From: Chthoniobacteraceae bacterium | Lineage (GTDB): Bacteria > Verrucomicrobiota > Verrucomicrobiia > Chthoniobacterales > Chthoniobacteraceae | Length of the DNA: 13,384 nt | Direction: 5' to 3' | Assembly: GCA_031409335.1 (NCBI GenBank) | Contig: JANNWY010000312.1 | Span: 1 to 13,384 of the forward strand | Shown here: one piece after another, positions 6,289-13,384 of the stretch | Position numbering within the stretch: position 1 is the stretch's first letter | Layout: the number at the start of each line of letters is the position of its first letter | The notes under the pieces: model-generated | What the model saw: the letters and a program-made list of their open reading frames with translations, nothing else | What the model was told of the DNA's origin: nothing | The model's database searches: none | Position numbers and translations under genes: made by a program

Positions 6289-9018
6289 CTATGGCGCGAC
6301 GGCTGGCTGCGGGAGGAAGCGGTAGAAGCGCTGCTCGAAATCCCCGGCGTTCACGTCCACGAATTCATCGGCTTCCTCACCGGAATCCACCGTGCCGATC
6401 TGCTCCCAGTTCACGAGATCAGTCGAGGCTTCGACGTTGTATTTTGGCGGCGCGGCGGGCGCGTTTGCCGGAGCGGGTGTCGGCGAGGGCGGGCGTGTCA
6501 CGACGACGTGGAATCTTCTCGGCAGCGTGCCGAACCGGATGAACCGGGCGCGCTCGCCGCGGGTCAAAGGTGCGATATAGGTATCGCGAATGGTGACGCC
6601 CGCGGAATTCTGCATGGTGGTGGAAGCGCCGAGCGCGTAGGCCGGCGGCTCCACATCCAGCGGCGGCGTTTGCAAAATGAGCGAGACGCTTTCGATCGTC
6701 TCTACCACGACATCGTCGATCGGGTTCACGACGATCGCGGCCCGGTCGGCGCCGGCGGGAATGACGATGCTGCCGGGCAGCGTGACGTAGTCCACGCCAT
6801 TCGTCGCCGAGCCGCTGACGGTGTAGCTCACGGTGACGGCGTCCGTAATACTGCCGCTGCGGATGACACTGAAAGAAGCAAGACGGCTGGGCGCGGTGGC
6901 GTCTTCGTAACCCTGCGCATCGACGGCAGTGATGCGCACGATCGGCGTGCCCGCAGGCAGCGTGGCATCGCGAATCTGGAGGCTCGCGACAGTGCCGGCT
7001 CCGAGCATGTAGCTGGATGGGCTTGGCAGCGGGATCGTCGGCGGAAGCAGGGAGATTTGGATGAGTTCGGCGGGCTCCGAATACAGATCGAAGATCGGCG
7101 CGATGACGACATCCACGCTGGTCGCGCCCGCCGGGATCGTGGCGCTGCCGCCGATGGCGGTGAAGTCGATGCCATTTTGGGCACCGGCGACGCGCGCGGT
7201 GATGACGGTCGGGCGCGGCGGCGCGCTGATCGCGAAATTCACCGTGAGCGGCAGCGCCGTCGGGCCGTTGCGCGCGATGGTGAAAACGCCAGGATTCGCT
7301 GTGGCGCTCGGCGCGGTTTCCTCGGCGTCGGAGTCCGTCGTGGCGAGCGTCACGATCGAGAACGGCGCGGGCACCGTGTCGTTGTCGAGGATCGTCGCGG
7401 TGGCCGTGCGGACGGTGCCGATGTCGAACTGAAAATTGCGCACCGGGATCGCATTCGGGTCCACGTGAAAGCCACCCTCGGTGAATTGCACAATGCCTTC
7501 AAAAGTCTGCTCATCGATCACGAATGGGTAGGAAATCGTGAGCGTCAAAGTTTCCGGCCCTTCCAAATGCAGATCGTCCACCGGCGTCACCACGATTTCG
7601 ACACGCGTCGTTCCCGCCGGGAAAAATGCGTAACCATAGTCGGTCGGGCCGGTGAAGATATTGATCGGCCAGTTAGTTAGACTATAGCTAGATGGCAGTG
7701 CGAAATCCAAGCCGGGTCCGGGACTCGTTAGACGATAGAAAACATACTGGTCGATCGGCATCGGCGCATCGACCGTGATGGCGAAGACTGCGGGATTCGG
7801 CGTGCCGCCTTCCACCACCTCCGCCGCCTCGGCATCCTCCGCAGTTACAGTCATGGTCGGGTAAGTGTAATTCACCGTCGTAGTCACGAGCGTGGAGTAA
7901 CCGATGACTCCGCTGTTATCGGTAGCCTGGACCGCGAAACGGTGAACGCCGCCGTAGGCATTCGGCATGGTGAAAGAACCCGCGTACACCGTGCCTGGCG
8001 CGGGCGGCGTGGGGTAGCCCGTCGTGCCAGTCGTGACGAGCCGGGTCCCATCGTAGATTTTGTAGCTCACGATGTGGCCGTTCACATCCGAAGCGGTAAA
8101 GGTGATCGGCAGCGAGATCGGCGTCGCATTTGGTACCGTCAGGCTGCTGCCATTTACCGGAGCGGTGATCGTCACGCTCGGCGGCGGCGGGATGTCCTCG
8201 CTCACGATCGTGACGCTCGCCGCGACGGAGCTGCCGAGCACGTAAGCCTCGGGCGGATGCGGCACAGCGAGCGCGCTCGGGTGCGGCACGAGGGTCAAAG
8301 TCACCGTCTCATGACTCTCGACGAGCGGATCATTGATCGGCGCGATCGGCACATCCACAAACGCGACGCCCGCCGGGATCGTGGCGCTCGCGGGCGGCGG
8401 CGTAAAATCCGCGCCGGGCGTCGCCGTGCCGCCGATCGTGTAAGGCACGACGATGGCGACATTGATATTGTTCGAGCGGGAAATCCGGAACGCCGCCGGG
8501 TCCGTCCCCGCCACCGTCTCCGTGCCCACGGCATCTATAGTAGTGAGGTCCACGATGACACGCGGCGCGAGCAGCGGATCTTCGTTGTCGAGAAGGTTGA
8601 GGTCCACGCGATCATTGCCACCGATGGTGTAAGGCACGGGCAACCCGGCGGACGTTTCCTCTTCGAGTTCGATGCGCAGCGCCTCCGTCCCCTCGGTCAG
8701 CCAGTCATCAATGGGAACAACGGCGATGTCCAACTGTGCGCTCCCGGCGGGGATTGTGGCAAAGCTGCCGGCATTCGGATTCAGCGTGTAGTCCGTCGCC
8801 CGCACGGCGATGCCCGTGATTTTCAACCAGACCGTGAGCGCCGCAGCCGTGCTACCCGTGCGGGTGATGCGGACGCCGCCGGGATTCGCGATCTGGCCCG
8901 CCCGCGTCTCGGCGATGCTGGTGTCGGTGGCGGTGAGGTTGACGGAGGTTTGCGCGGAGGCTTGTGCGCACGCGACAGCGAGAGCGCACGCGCCTAGGAG
9001 AAGTCGGATCGTTTTCAT
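6289..9018 (-). CDS. Secreted surface protein with 5 Calx-beta repeats, 1 bacterial Ig-like domain and a conserved C-terminal tail, 909 aa
   Basis: Signal peptide (MKTIRLLLGACALAVACAQASA); repeated F-x-I-x-R...G-x-A-x-x-G-x-D-Y/F...IPAG...V-x-PIDD...E-x-x-E...TI-x-D units; Ig-like PPSVTITAPVNG...ATDNSG; tail YNVEASTDLVNW...FVD...QRFYR. Confidence 0.9.
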   Translation of the reverse strand: MKTIRLLLGACALAVACAQASAQTSVNLTATDTSIAETRAGQIANPGGVRITRTGSTAAALTVWLKITGIAVRATDYTLNPNAGSFATIPAGSAQLDIAVVPIDDWLTEGTEALRIELEEETSAGLPVPYTIGGNDRVDLNLLDNEDPLLAPRVIVDLTTIDAVGTETVAGTDPAAFRISRSNNINVAIVVPYTIGGTATPGADFTPPPASATIPAGVAFVDVPIAPINDPLVESHETVTLTLVPHPSALAVPHPPEAYVLGSSVAASVTIVSEDIPPPPSVTITAPVNGSSLTVPNATPISLPITFTASDVNGHIVSYKIYDGTRLVTTGTTGYPTPPAPGTVYAGSFTMPNAYGGVHRFAVQATDNSGVIGYSTLVTTTVNYTYPTMTVTAEDAEAAEVVEGGTPNPAVFAITVDAPMPIDQYVFYRLTSPGPGLDFALPSSYSLTNWPINIFTGPTDYGYAFFPAGTTRVEIVVTPVDDLHLEGPETLTLTISYPFVIDEQTFEGIVQFTEGGFHVDPNAIPVRNFQFDIGTVRTATATILDNDTVPAPFSIVTLATTDSDAEETAPSATANPGVFTIARNGPTALPLTVNFAISAPPRPTVITARVAGAQNGIDFTAIGGSATIPAGATSVDVVIAPIFDLYSEPAELIQISLLPPTIPLPSPSSYMLGAGTVASLQIRDATLPAGTPIVRITAVDAQGYEDATAPSRLASFSVIRSGSITDAVTVSYTVSGSATNGVDYVTLPGSIVIPAGADRAAIVVNPIDDVVVETIESVSLILQTPPLDVEPPAYALGASTTMQNSAGVTIRDTYIAPLTRGERARFIRFGTLPRRFHVVVTRPPSPTPAPANAPAAPPKYNVEASTDLVNWEQIGTVDSGEEADEFVDVNAGDFEQRFYRFLPQPAVAP

Positions 9019-9084
9019 AGAGGCTTAGTTTAGGATGACGGGGATGCCGGGGGGCCGAAACACTGGAAGGTCAGTTCAGTTAGA

Positions 9085-9114
9085 AAGATCACTGTTCCGG
9101 GAACTTTCTGGCAA
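9085..9114 (-). promoter_or_regulatory. Putative promoter of the Calx-beta gene with an overlapping palindrome
   Basis: Minus strand TTGCCA-N18-GATCTT; the spacer contains GTTCC-g-GGAAC (9094-9104). Confidence 0.3.
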
Positions 9115-9228
9115 CCATCCATTCGTAACAGTTCTGATACACTTCCCGCGCGATCCGCCCTTGCCCGCGTGATTTCGATCATCTTTGACATTGCGCCGCG
9201 GACTGGATTTTCCAGCATCATCAGCGCG

Positions 9229-11592
9229 ATGAAATTCCCCGCGCTCGCCCTTCTGCTCACCTCTGTCGCGGGGCTGCACGCGCAAACGCTGCGCGTCCCG
9301 CAGCAGGCGGCCTACGATAGCTGGATGCTCGCCACCGCCGGTCGCGTGCCAGGGCCGGAGGAGTTGCAGTCGCTGCCAGGCTTCACCGTCGAGGTCGTGC
9401 GCGTGGCCGCGCCGGAGGAGGATTCGTGGGTTGGCATGACTTTCGACGAGCGCGGTCGCCTCATCGTCGCGAAGGAAAAACGGGGGCTGCTCCGCTTCAC
9501 GCTGGAAGGTGCGGGCGTTGCGAAGGTGGAAGTCATCGACGACACCCTGCTCGAATGCCGCGGCCTGCTTTGGGCGCACAAAAGCCTTTACGCCAACGCC
9601 AACAACTCGAAGGCACTCCACCGCCTGCGCGACACGGATGGCGACGATCGCTTTGACGAGACGCGTGTCATTTTCAAAACCGACGGCGGCGTCGGCCACG
9701 GGCGCAATCATCTGCGGCTCGGTCCCGATGGCTTCATTTACGTGGTGCATGGCGACGACCCCGAGCCCGCCGATGCGCTACTCGCGCCCGCGTCGCCGTA
9801 CCGGCATTGGGGCGAGGATCGGCTCGTGCCCGGACGCCGCCCCGCCGGACGCACGAATGTCGCGCGCACCGGCCACGTCCTGCGCCTCGATGCCGACGGA
9901 AAATACATCACGCGCCTCTGCGGCGGGCTGCGCAATCCGCTCGATCTCGACTTCAATCGCGACGGCGAAATGTTCGTGTACGACGCCGACATGGAGCGTG
10001 ACATCGGCCTCGCGTGGTATCGCCCGACGCGCGTCCTGCACATCGTCTCCGGCGGCGAATACGGCTGGCGGCACGAGCTGTCGTGGCCGCTCGGCGCGGA
10101 GGATAATTTGCCCGCCGCCGCGGACATCGGCCTCGGTTCGCCGACCGGCGTCACGTTCGGATACGCCGCGCAGTTTCCGCCGAAATATCGCGAGGCGTTC
10201 TTCATCGCCGACTGGTCGTATGGCCGCATCCTCGCAGTGTCGTTGCGGCCCGAGGGCGCGAGTTATCGGGGTGAAAGCGAGACGTTCCTCGCGGGGCGAC
10301 CGCTCAATGTGACGGACCTCGTCATCGGTCCCGACGGCGCGATGTATTTCATCACCGGCGGTCGCCGCACCCAGTCCGCGCTCTACCGAGTGCGCTACAC
10401 CGGCGCGGAATCGACCGTGTCCGCGCCGCCCGTGGAGCCTTATGAAACCAGGGCTTTGCGGGCGCTGCGTCGCGATTTGGAAACGCTGCATGGCGGTCCG
10501 GTCGCGGGCAGCGCCGTGACGGCGTTCGCGCAACTCGCGCACGCGGATCGCTGGGTGCGCTTTGCCGCGCGCGTCGCGCTCGAGGCTCAGCCGTTTGGTG
10601 AATGGCGCGAGCAGGCGCTGCAATCGGCGGTGCCCAGCGCGTGGCTGGCGTTCGCGCGCGTGGGCGGGACGGACGACCTGTTTGCGTTGCTGCGCCGGCT
10701 TTCGACGATGGGCATGGGAGCGATGGATGCGGATGCGCGCCGGCAATTTCTCCGCGCGATCGAACTCGCCCTCGCGCGGCTCGGCGCGGTGGACAAAGTC
10801 ATCGACGCCGATCTCGAAACCGCGCTGCGCCGCGCCCTCGCGCCCGCCTTCCCGACGAAGGACCGCGAACTGAATCGCGAACTCTGCCGCCTGCTCGTCT
10901 GGCTGCGCGATGACAGCGTGCGCGCGAAAACCGTCGCGCTGCTCACGCCCGAGTTGCCGCCGGAAGACACGGGTTTTTTCCTTTTCCTGCTTCGCCATGT
11001 GACGACCGGCTGGACCCTCGCGGAGCGTCGCGCGTGTTTCGAGGCATTGCGCCGCGCCGAGGCATTTCCCGGCGCGAATCTTTACGTCGAACTGCTCCAG
11101 CGCGCCCGCGCCGATCTCGTCGCCGCGCTCGACGACGACGAGAAGCGCGACCTCGCCGGGTTGCTCGCGCCCGCCGCGCCGCCCGCGCCGCCTACCGCGC
11201 CATCTGCGAAATTTGTCCAAGCGTGGAAACCGCAGGATTTCCACGACGCCCTCCGGACACCGCTCCGTGCGCGCAATTTCAAATCGGGACGCGACGCGTT
11301 CACCGCATCCGGCTGCATTGCCTGCCATCGCATCGTCGGCAACGAAGCCACGCTGCGCTCCATCCTCGGCCCCGACCTCACCGCCGTCGGCGCGCGCTTC
11401 GGCCCCGAGGCGCTGCTCCTGCACACGCTCGAACCGTCGCTCATCATCGACGACAAATACCGCCAGCCCGACGCGCCAAATCTTTCCCTCATGCCGCCAG
11501 GCCTCCTCAACACGCTCGAGCGCGAACAAATCCTCGACCTCCTCGCCTACCTCGCCTCCGGCGGCGACGTGACAGGTGCCGCGTTCCAGTGA
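9229..11592 (+). CDS. PVC-type putative membrane-bound dehydrogenase: beta-propeller, helical (HEAT-like) region and c-type heme domain, 787 aa
   Basis: Signal peptide MKFPALALLLTSVAGLHA from ATG 9229; LPGFTVE, RLRDTDGDDRFD, GLRNPLDL, GGEYGWR, GSPTG, IGPDGAMYF; DRWVRFAARVALE; CIACH at 11314-11328, GPDLT, SLMPPGLL...LDLLAYL. Resembles the TIGR02604/TIGR02603 architecture. Confidence 0.9.
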   Translation: MKFPALALLLTSVAGLHAQTLRVPQQAAYDSWMLATAGRVPGPEELQSLPGFTVEVVRVAAPEEDSWVGMTFDERGRLIVAKEKRGLLRFTLEGAGVAKVEVIDDTLLECRGLLWAHKSLYANANNSKALHRLRDTDGDDRFDETRVIFKTDGGVGHGRNHLRLGPDGFIYVVHGDDPEPADALLAPASPYRHWGEDRLVPGRRPAGRTNVARTGHVLRLDADGKYITRLCGGLRNPLDLDFNRDGEMFVYDADMERDIGLAWYRPTRVLHIVSGGEYGWRHELSWPLGAEDNLPAAADIGLGSPTGVTFGYAAQFPPKYREAFFIADWSYGRILAVSLRPEGASYRGESETFLAGRPLNVTDLVIGPDGAMYFITGGRRTQSALYRVRYTGAESTVSAPPVEPYETRALRALRRDLETLHGGPVAGSAVTAFAQLAHADRWVRFAARVALEAQPFGEWREQALQSAVPSAWLAFARVGGTDDLFALLRRLSTMGMGAMDADARRQFLRAIELALARLGAVDKVIDADLETALRRALAPAFPTKDRELNRELCRLLVWLRDDSVRAKTVALLTPELPPEDTGFFLFLLRHVTTGWTLAERRACFEALRRAEAFPGANLYVELLQRARADLVAALDDDEKRDLAGLLAPAAPPAPPTAPSAKFVQAWKPQDFHDALRTPLRARNFKSGRDAFTASGCIACHRIVGNEATLRSILGPDLTAVGARFGPEALLLHTLEPSLIIDDKYRQPDAPNLSLMPPGLLNTLEREQILDLLAYLASGGDVTGAAFQ

Positions 11593-11634
11593 TCGCTCAG
11601 CCTCGCGAACACACGGCGCAGGTGCCCCCGCGCG

Positions 11635-12900
11635 TCACTCCTTCACCTTCACCCGCTCGATGTGCGCGCCGAGGCCGTTGAGCTTTTCGTCGATCATCTC
11701 GTAGCCGCGGTCGATGTGGTAAACGCGGTTCACTTCCGTGATGCCTTCCGCGTGCAGGCCGGCGAGCACGAGCGCGGCGGAGGCGCGGAGATCGCTGGCC
11801 ATCACGGGCGCGCCGCTCAGTCGCTCGACGCCTTTGATGATCGCCGTCGCACCGTCGAGTTGTATGTCTGCGCCCATGCGTTTGAGTTCCGAAATGTGCA
11901 TGTATCGCTGGGGAAAGATCGTTTCCGTGATGACGCTGAGCCCCTGGCTCTTGCAAAGCAGCGCACACATCTGCGCCTGCATGTCGGTGGGAAAACCGGG
12001 ATACGGCTCGGTCGTGATCTGCACGGATTTCGGTCCGCCATTTCCAAAAACCGTGAGCGTCTCGCCCGCGGACTCGATCCGGTAACCGGCCTCGCGCAGC
12101 TTGGCGGAAGTGGCTTCGAGATGAATCGGATTTACGCGCTTCAGCGTTACTTCCGTCCCCGCGATCGCGGCCGCGACCATGAACGTGCCGGCCTCGATGC
12201 GATCGGGGATGACTTCGTGTTCCGCGCCGTGCAATTCCTTCACGCCTTCGATGATGATGCGCCGCGTGCCCGCGCCTTCGATCTTCGCGCCCATCGCGTT
12301 GAGGAAATTGGCAAGGTCCACGACCTCCGGTTCCGCCGCCGCGCTTTCGATCACGGTGATGCCGTCGGCGAGCACCGCGGCCATCATCACGTTATCCGTG
12401 CCGAGCACGGTCGGCCCTTGTTTCCCGCGAAGATGGATCACGCCGCCTTTCAACTCGCCCGCGAAGACTTTCACATTCCCCTGATCGATCCGATGCGACG
12501 CGCCGAGTCCCTCGAAACCTTTCAAATGCAAATCAATCGGACGATCGCCGATCACGCAGCCGCCCGGCAGCGAGACGGTCGCCTCTTTCTCCCGCCCGAG
12601 CAGCGGCCCTAGCACGCACACGGACGCGCGCATTTTCCGCACGATGTCGTAAGGCGCGGTGGTTTTAATGGTCTCGGCTTTCACCGTCACCACGCCGCTC
12701 GCGCGCTCCACCTGCGCGCCGAGATGCGAGAGGATTTGCAGCAGGTAATGGATGTCGCTCAAGTCGGGGACGTGATCGATCACGCACTGCTCGCGCGTGA
12801 GCAGCGTGGCCGCGAGGATGGGCAGCGCGGAGTTTTTGGAGCCGCCGATTTTGACCGAGCCCGAGAGCGAACGGCCACCGTGAACGAGAATTTTATCCAT
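11635..12900 (-). CDS. murA: UDP-N-acetylglucosamine 1-carboxyvinyltransferase, 421 aa
   Basis: Start MDKILVHGG at ATG 12900; GSKNSALPILAA, RKMRAS, LPGGCVIGDRPIDLH (catalytic Cys kept), PDRIEAGT, PYPGFPTDMQAQ, DLRASAAL, HIDRGYE. Confidence 0.98.
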   Translation of the reverse strand: MDKILVHGGRSLSGSVKIGGSKNSALPILAATLLTREQCVIDHVPDLSDIHYLLQILSHLGAQVERASGVVTVKAETIKTTAPYDIVRKMRASVCVLGPLLGREKEATVSLPGGCVIGDRPIDLHLKGFEGLGASHRIDQGNVKVFAGELKGGVIHLRGKQGPTVLGTDNVMMAAVLADGITVIESAAAEPEVVDLANFLNAMGAKIEGAGTRRIIIEGVKELHGAEHEVIPDRIEAGTFMVAAAIAGTEVTLKRVNPIHLEATSAKLREAGYRIESAGETLTVFGNGGPKSVQITTEPYPGFPTDMQAQMCALLCKSQGLSVITETIFPQRYMHISELKRMGADIQLDGATAIIKGVERLSGAPVMASDLRASAALVLAGLHAEGITEVNRVYHIDRGYEMIDEKLNGLGAHIERVKVKE

Positions 12901-12961
12901 ATTTTGCGAAGGCGAAACGTTGGCGACCTTGGTAGTCGGCGCGCGGGCGGATGTCTTGGAA

Positions 12962-12990
12962 ATTGTGCGCCGGAGGACCGACGACAGCAA
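12962..12990 (-). promoter_or_regulatory. Putative sigma70-like promoter of murA
   Basis: Minus strand TTGCTG-N17-CACAAT, about 60 nt upstream of the ATG at 12900. Confidence 0.5.
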
Positions 12991-13023
12991 AAAAATTGCG
13001 CGTTGACTTTCACATCAGCGCGC
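12989..13023 (-). terminator. Putative intrinsic terminator after the FnIII gene
   Basis: Minus strand GCGCG-c-TGAT-gtgaaa-GTCA-a-CGCGC hairpin followed by AATTTTTTT, about 35 nt past the FnIII stop codon. Confidence 0.5.
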
Positions 13024-13058
13024 CATCTTGCGTGGAGAAAGAAATGCCCGACTGCGAA

Positions 13059-13241
13059 TCAGATCACCATCTGCGTCGCCGGATCGCTCCAGTCGCTGGT
13101 TCCGCCAGAACTCACCGCATTCGCCGTCACCTGATACACCACGCCCGGCGTCAGCCCGGCGAAGGTATGGCTCGCCGCCGTCGTCTGCGCCGTGAACACC
13201 GGCGCGGCGGGCGAGGTCGCCGTCGTCACGCGCCAGTTGTA
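13059..13241 (-). pseudogene. 3' remnant (60 codons) of a fibronectin type III domain gene interrupted by an IS
   Basis: Manual translation, not in the ORF track: YNWRVTTATSPAAPVFTAQTTAASHTFAGLTPGVVYQVTANAVSSGGTSDWSDPATQMVI*. It has the FnIII hallmarks L-x-P-G-x-x-Y-x-V-x-x-x-A and S-x-W-S, host-like GC-ending codons, and no start codon. Confidence 0.8.
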
Positions 13242-13384
13242 TCCTCGCGCGCATTAGGATTTTAAGTTTCCGAAGAACTGGAATCTAAGGGTGAGAAGGG
13301 AGTCGAGTTCAGCCTTGGCGACGCCGTTGACATCGCGCAGGCCATCATCGATGGCAGCGCGGAACTTCTCAAAGTTGTCATAGT
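13240..13384 (-). mobile_element. Right end of an IS630-family-like insertion sequence (continues beyond the window)
   Basis: Transposase C-terminus followed by ...TAATGCGCGCGAGGA-TA, ending at a TA dinucleotide (13240-13241) where the FnIII coding sequence resumes; lower GC than the flank. Confidence 0.72.
13254..13384 (-). CDS. IS630-family transposase, C-terminal fragment (5' part outside the window)
   Basis: Manual translation from 13382: YDNFEKFRAAIDDGLRDVNGVAKAELDSLLTLRFQFFGNLKS*. This matches the Y-x-x-F-x-x-F-x-x-AI...EL-x-SLLT-x-x-FQ-x-F tail I recognise from IS630 DDE transposases. The DDE core is not visible. Confidence 0.72.
   Translation of the reverse strand, partial: YDNFEKFRAAIDDGLRDVNGVAKAELDSLLTLRFQFFGNLKS

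Noticed and set aside
7660..7750. Diversity-generating retroelement variable region
   Set aside because: No template repeat or reverse transcriptase in the window, the segment is not C-terminal, and no C-type lectin fold is apparent
9100..9170. Possible c-di-GMP riboswitch (GGCAACC...ATTCG) upstream of the adhesin
   Set aside because: It lacks the GNRA-capped P2 stem, the GACGCAAA core and the receptor motif on either strand
12556..12558. Fosfomycin-resistant MurA variant
   Set aside because: The catalytic Cys is retained (LPGGCVIG), not replaced by Asp
98..12612. Long antisense ORFs (98-1111, 2308-3114, 3835-4872, 6268-7680, 7942-8997, 9778-11529, 11662-12612)
   Set aside because: Arg/Ala-rich shadows of real genes, expected in high-GC3 DNA, with no recognisable motifs
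13015..13254. 79-aa minus-strand ORF from the track
   Set aside because: Its ATG is in the IS end and it is out of frame with the FnIII frame, which has the convincing motifs
13242..13256. Programmed readthrough giving a transposase-FnIII fusion
   Set aside because: Being in frame has a 1-in-3 chance, TAA is a strong stop, and no recoding signal is visible
13003..13265. Plus-strand TTGACT, GGAGA and ATG (13044) suggesting a small Arg-rich gene
   Set aside because: It is antisense to the FnIII remnant, TTGACT is part of the terminator stem, and the -10 spacing is poor
1..13384. CRISPR array, tRNA, rRNA, defence or toxin operon
   Set aside because: No regularly spaced repeats, cloverleaf or relevant protein motifs seen; gene orientations alternate and the functions look unrelated

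Overview
This is a GC-rich bacterial window, most likely Verrucomicrobiota (Chthoniobacter-like); that is inferred from the PVC-type propeller/heme proteins and the secreted-protein tail. It holds 8 intact genes: a MoxR AAA+ ATPase (-), a secreted alpha/beta hydrolase (+), the GTPase obg (-), a DUF6797-like beta-propeller protein (+), a small secreted hypothetical protein (+), a 909-aa multi-Calx-beta surface protein (-), a PVC-type CxxCH heme protein (+) and murA (-). At the right edge, and missing from the ORF track, is the 3' end of an IS630-like transposase inserted at a TA inside a fibronectin type III gene; the last 60 codons of that gene remain. I cannot support a new multi-gene system here. 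The best leads are the IS630/FnIII junction, recurring near-leaderless promoters with non-canonical -10 boxes, an insertion in Obg, a compact cytochrome c domain, and a low-GC divergent repeat plus a candidate sorting tail in the Calx-beta protein. All family calls come from recognising motifs by eye, not from database searches.
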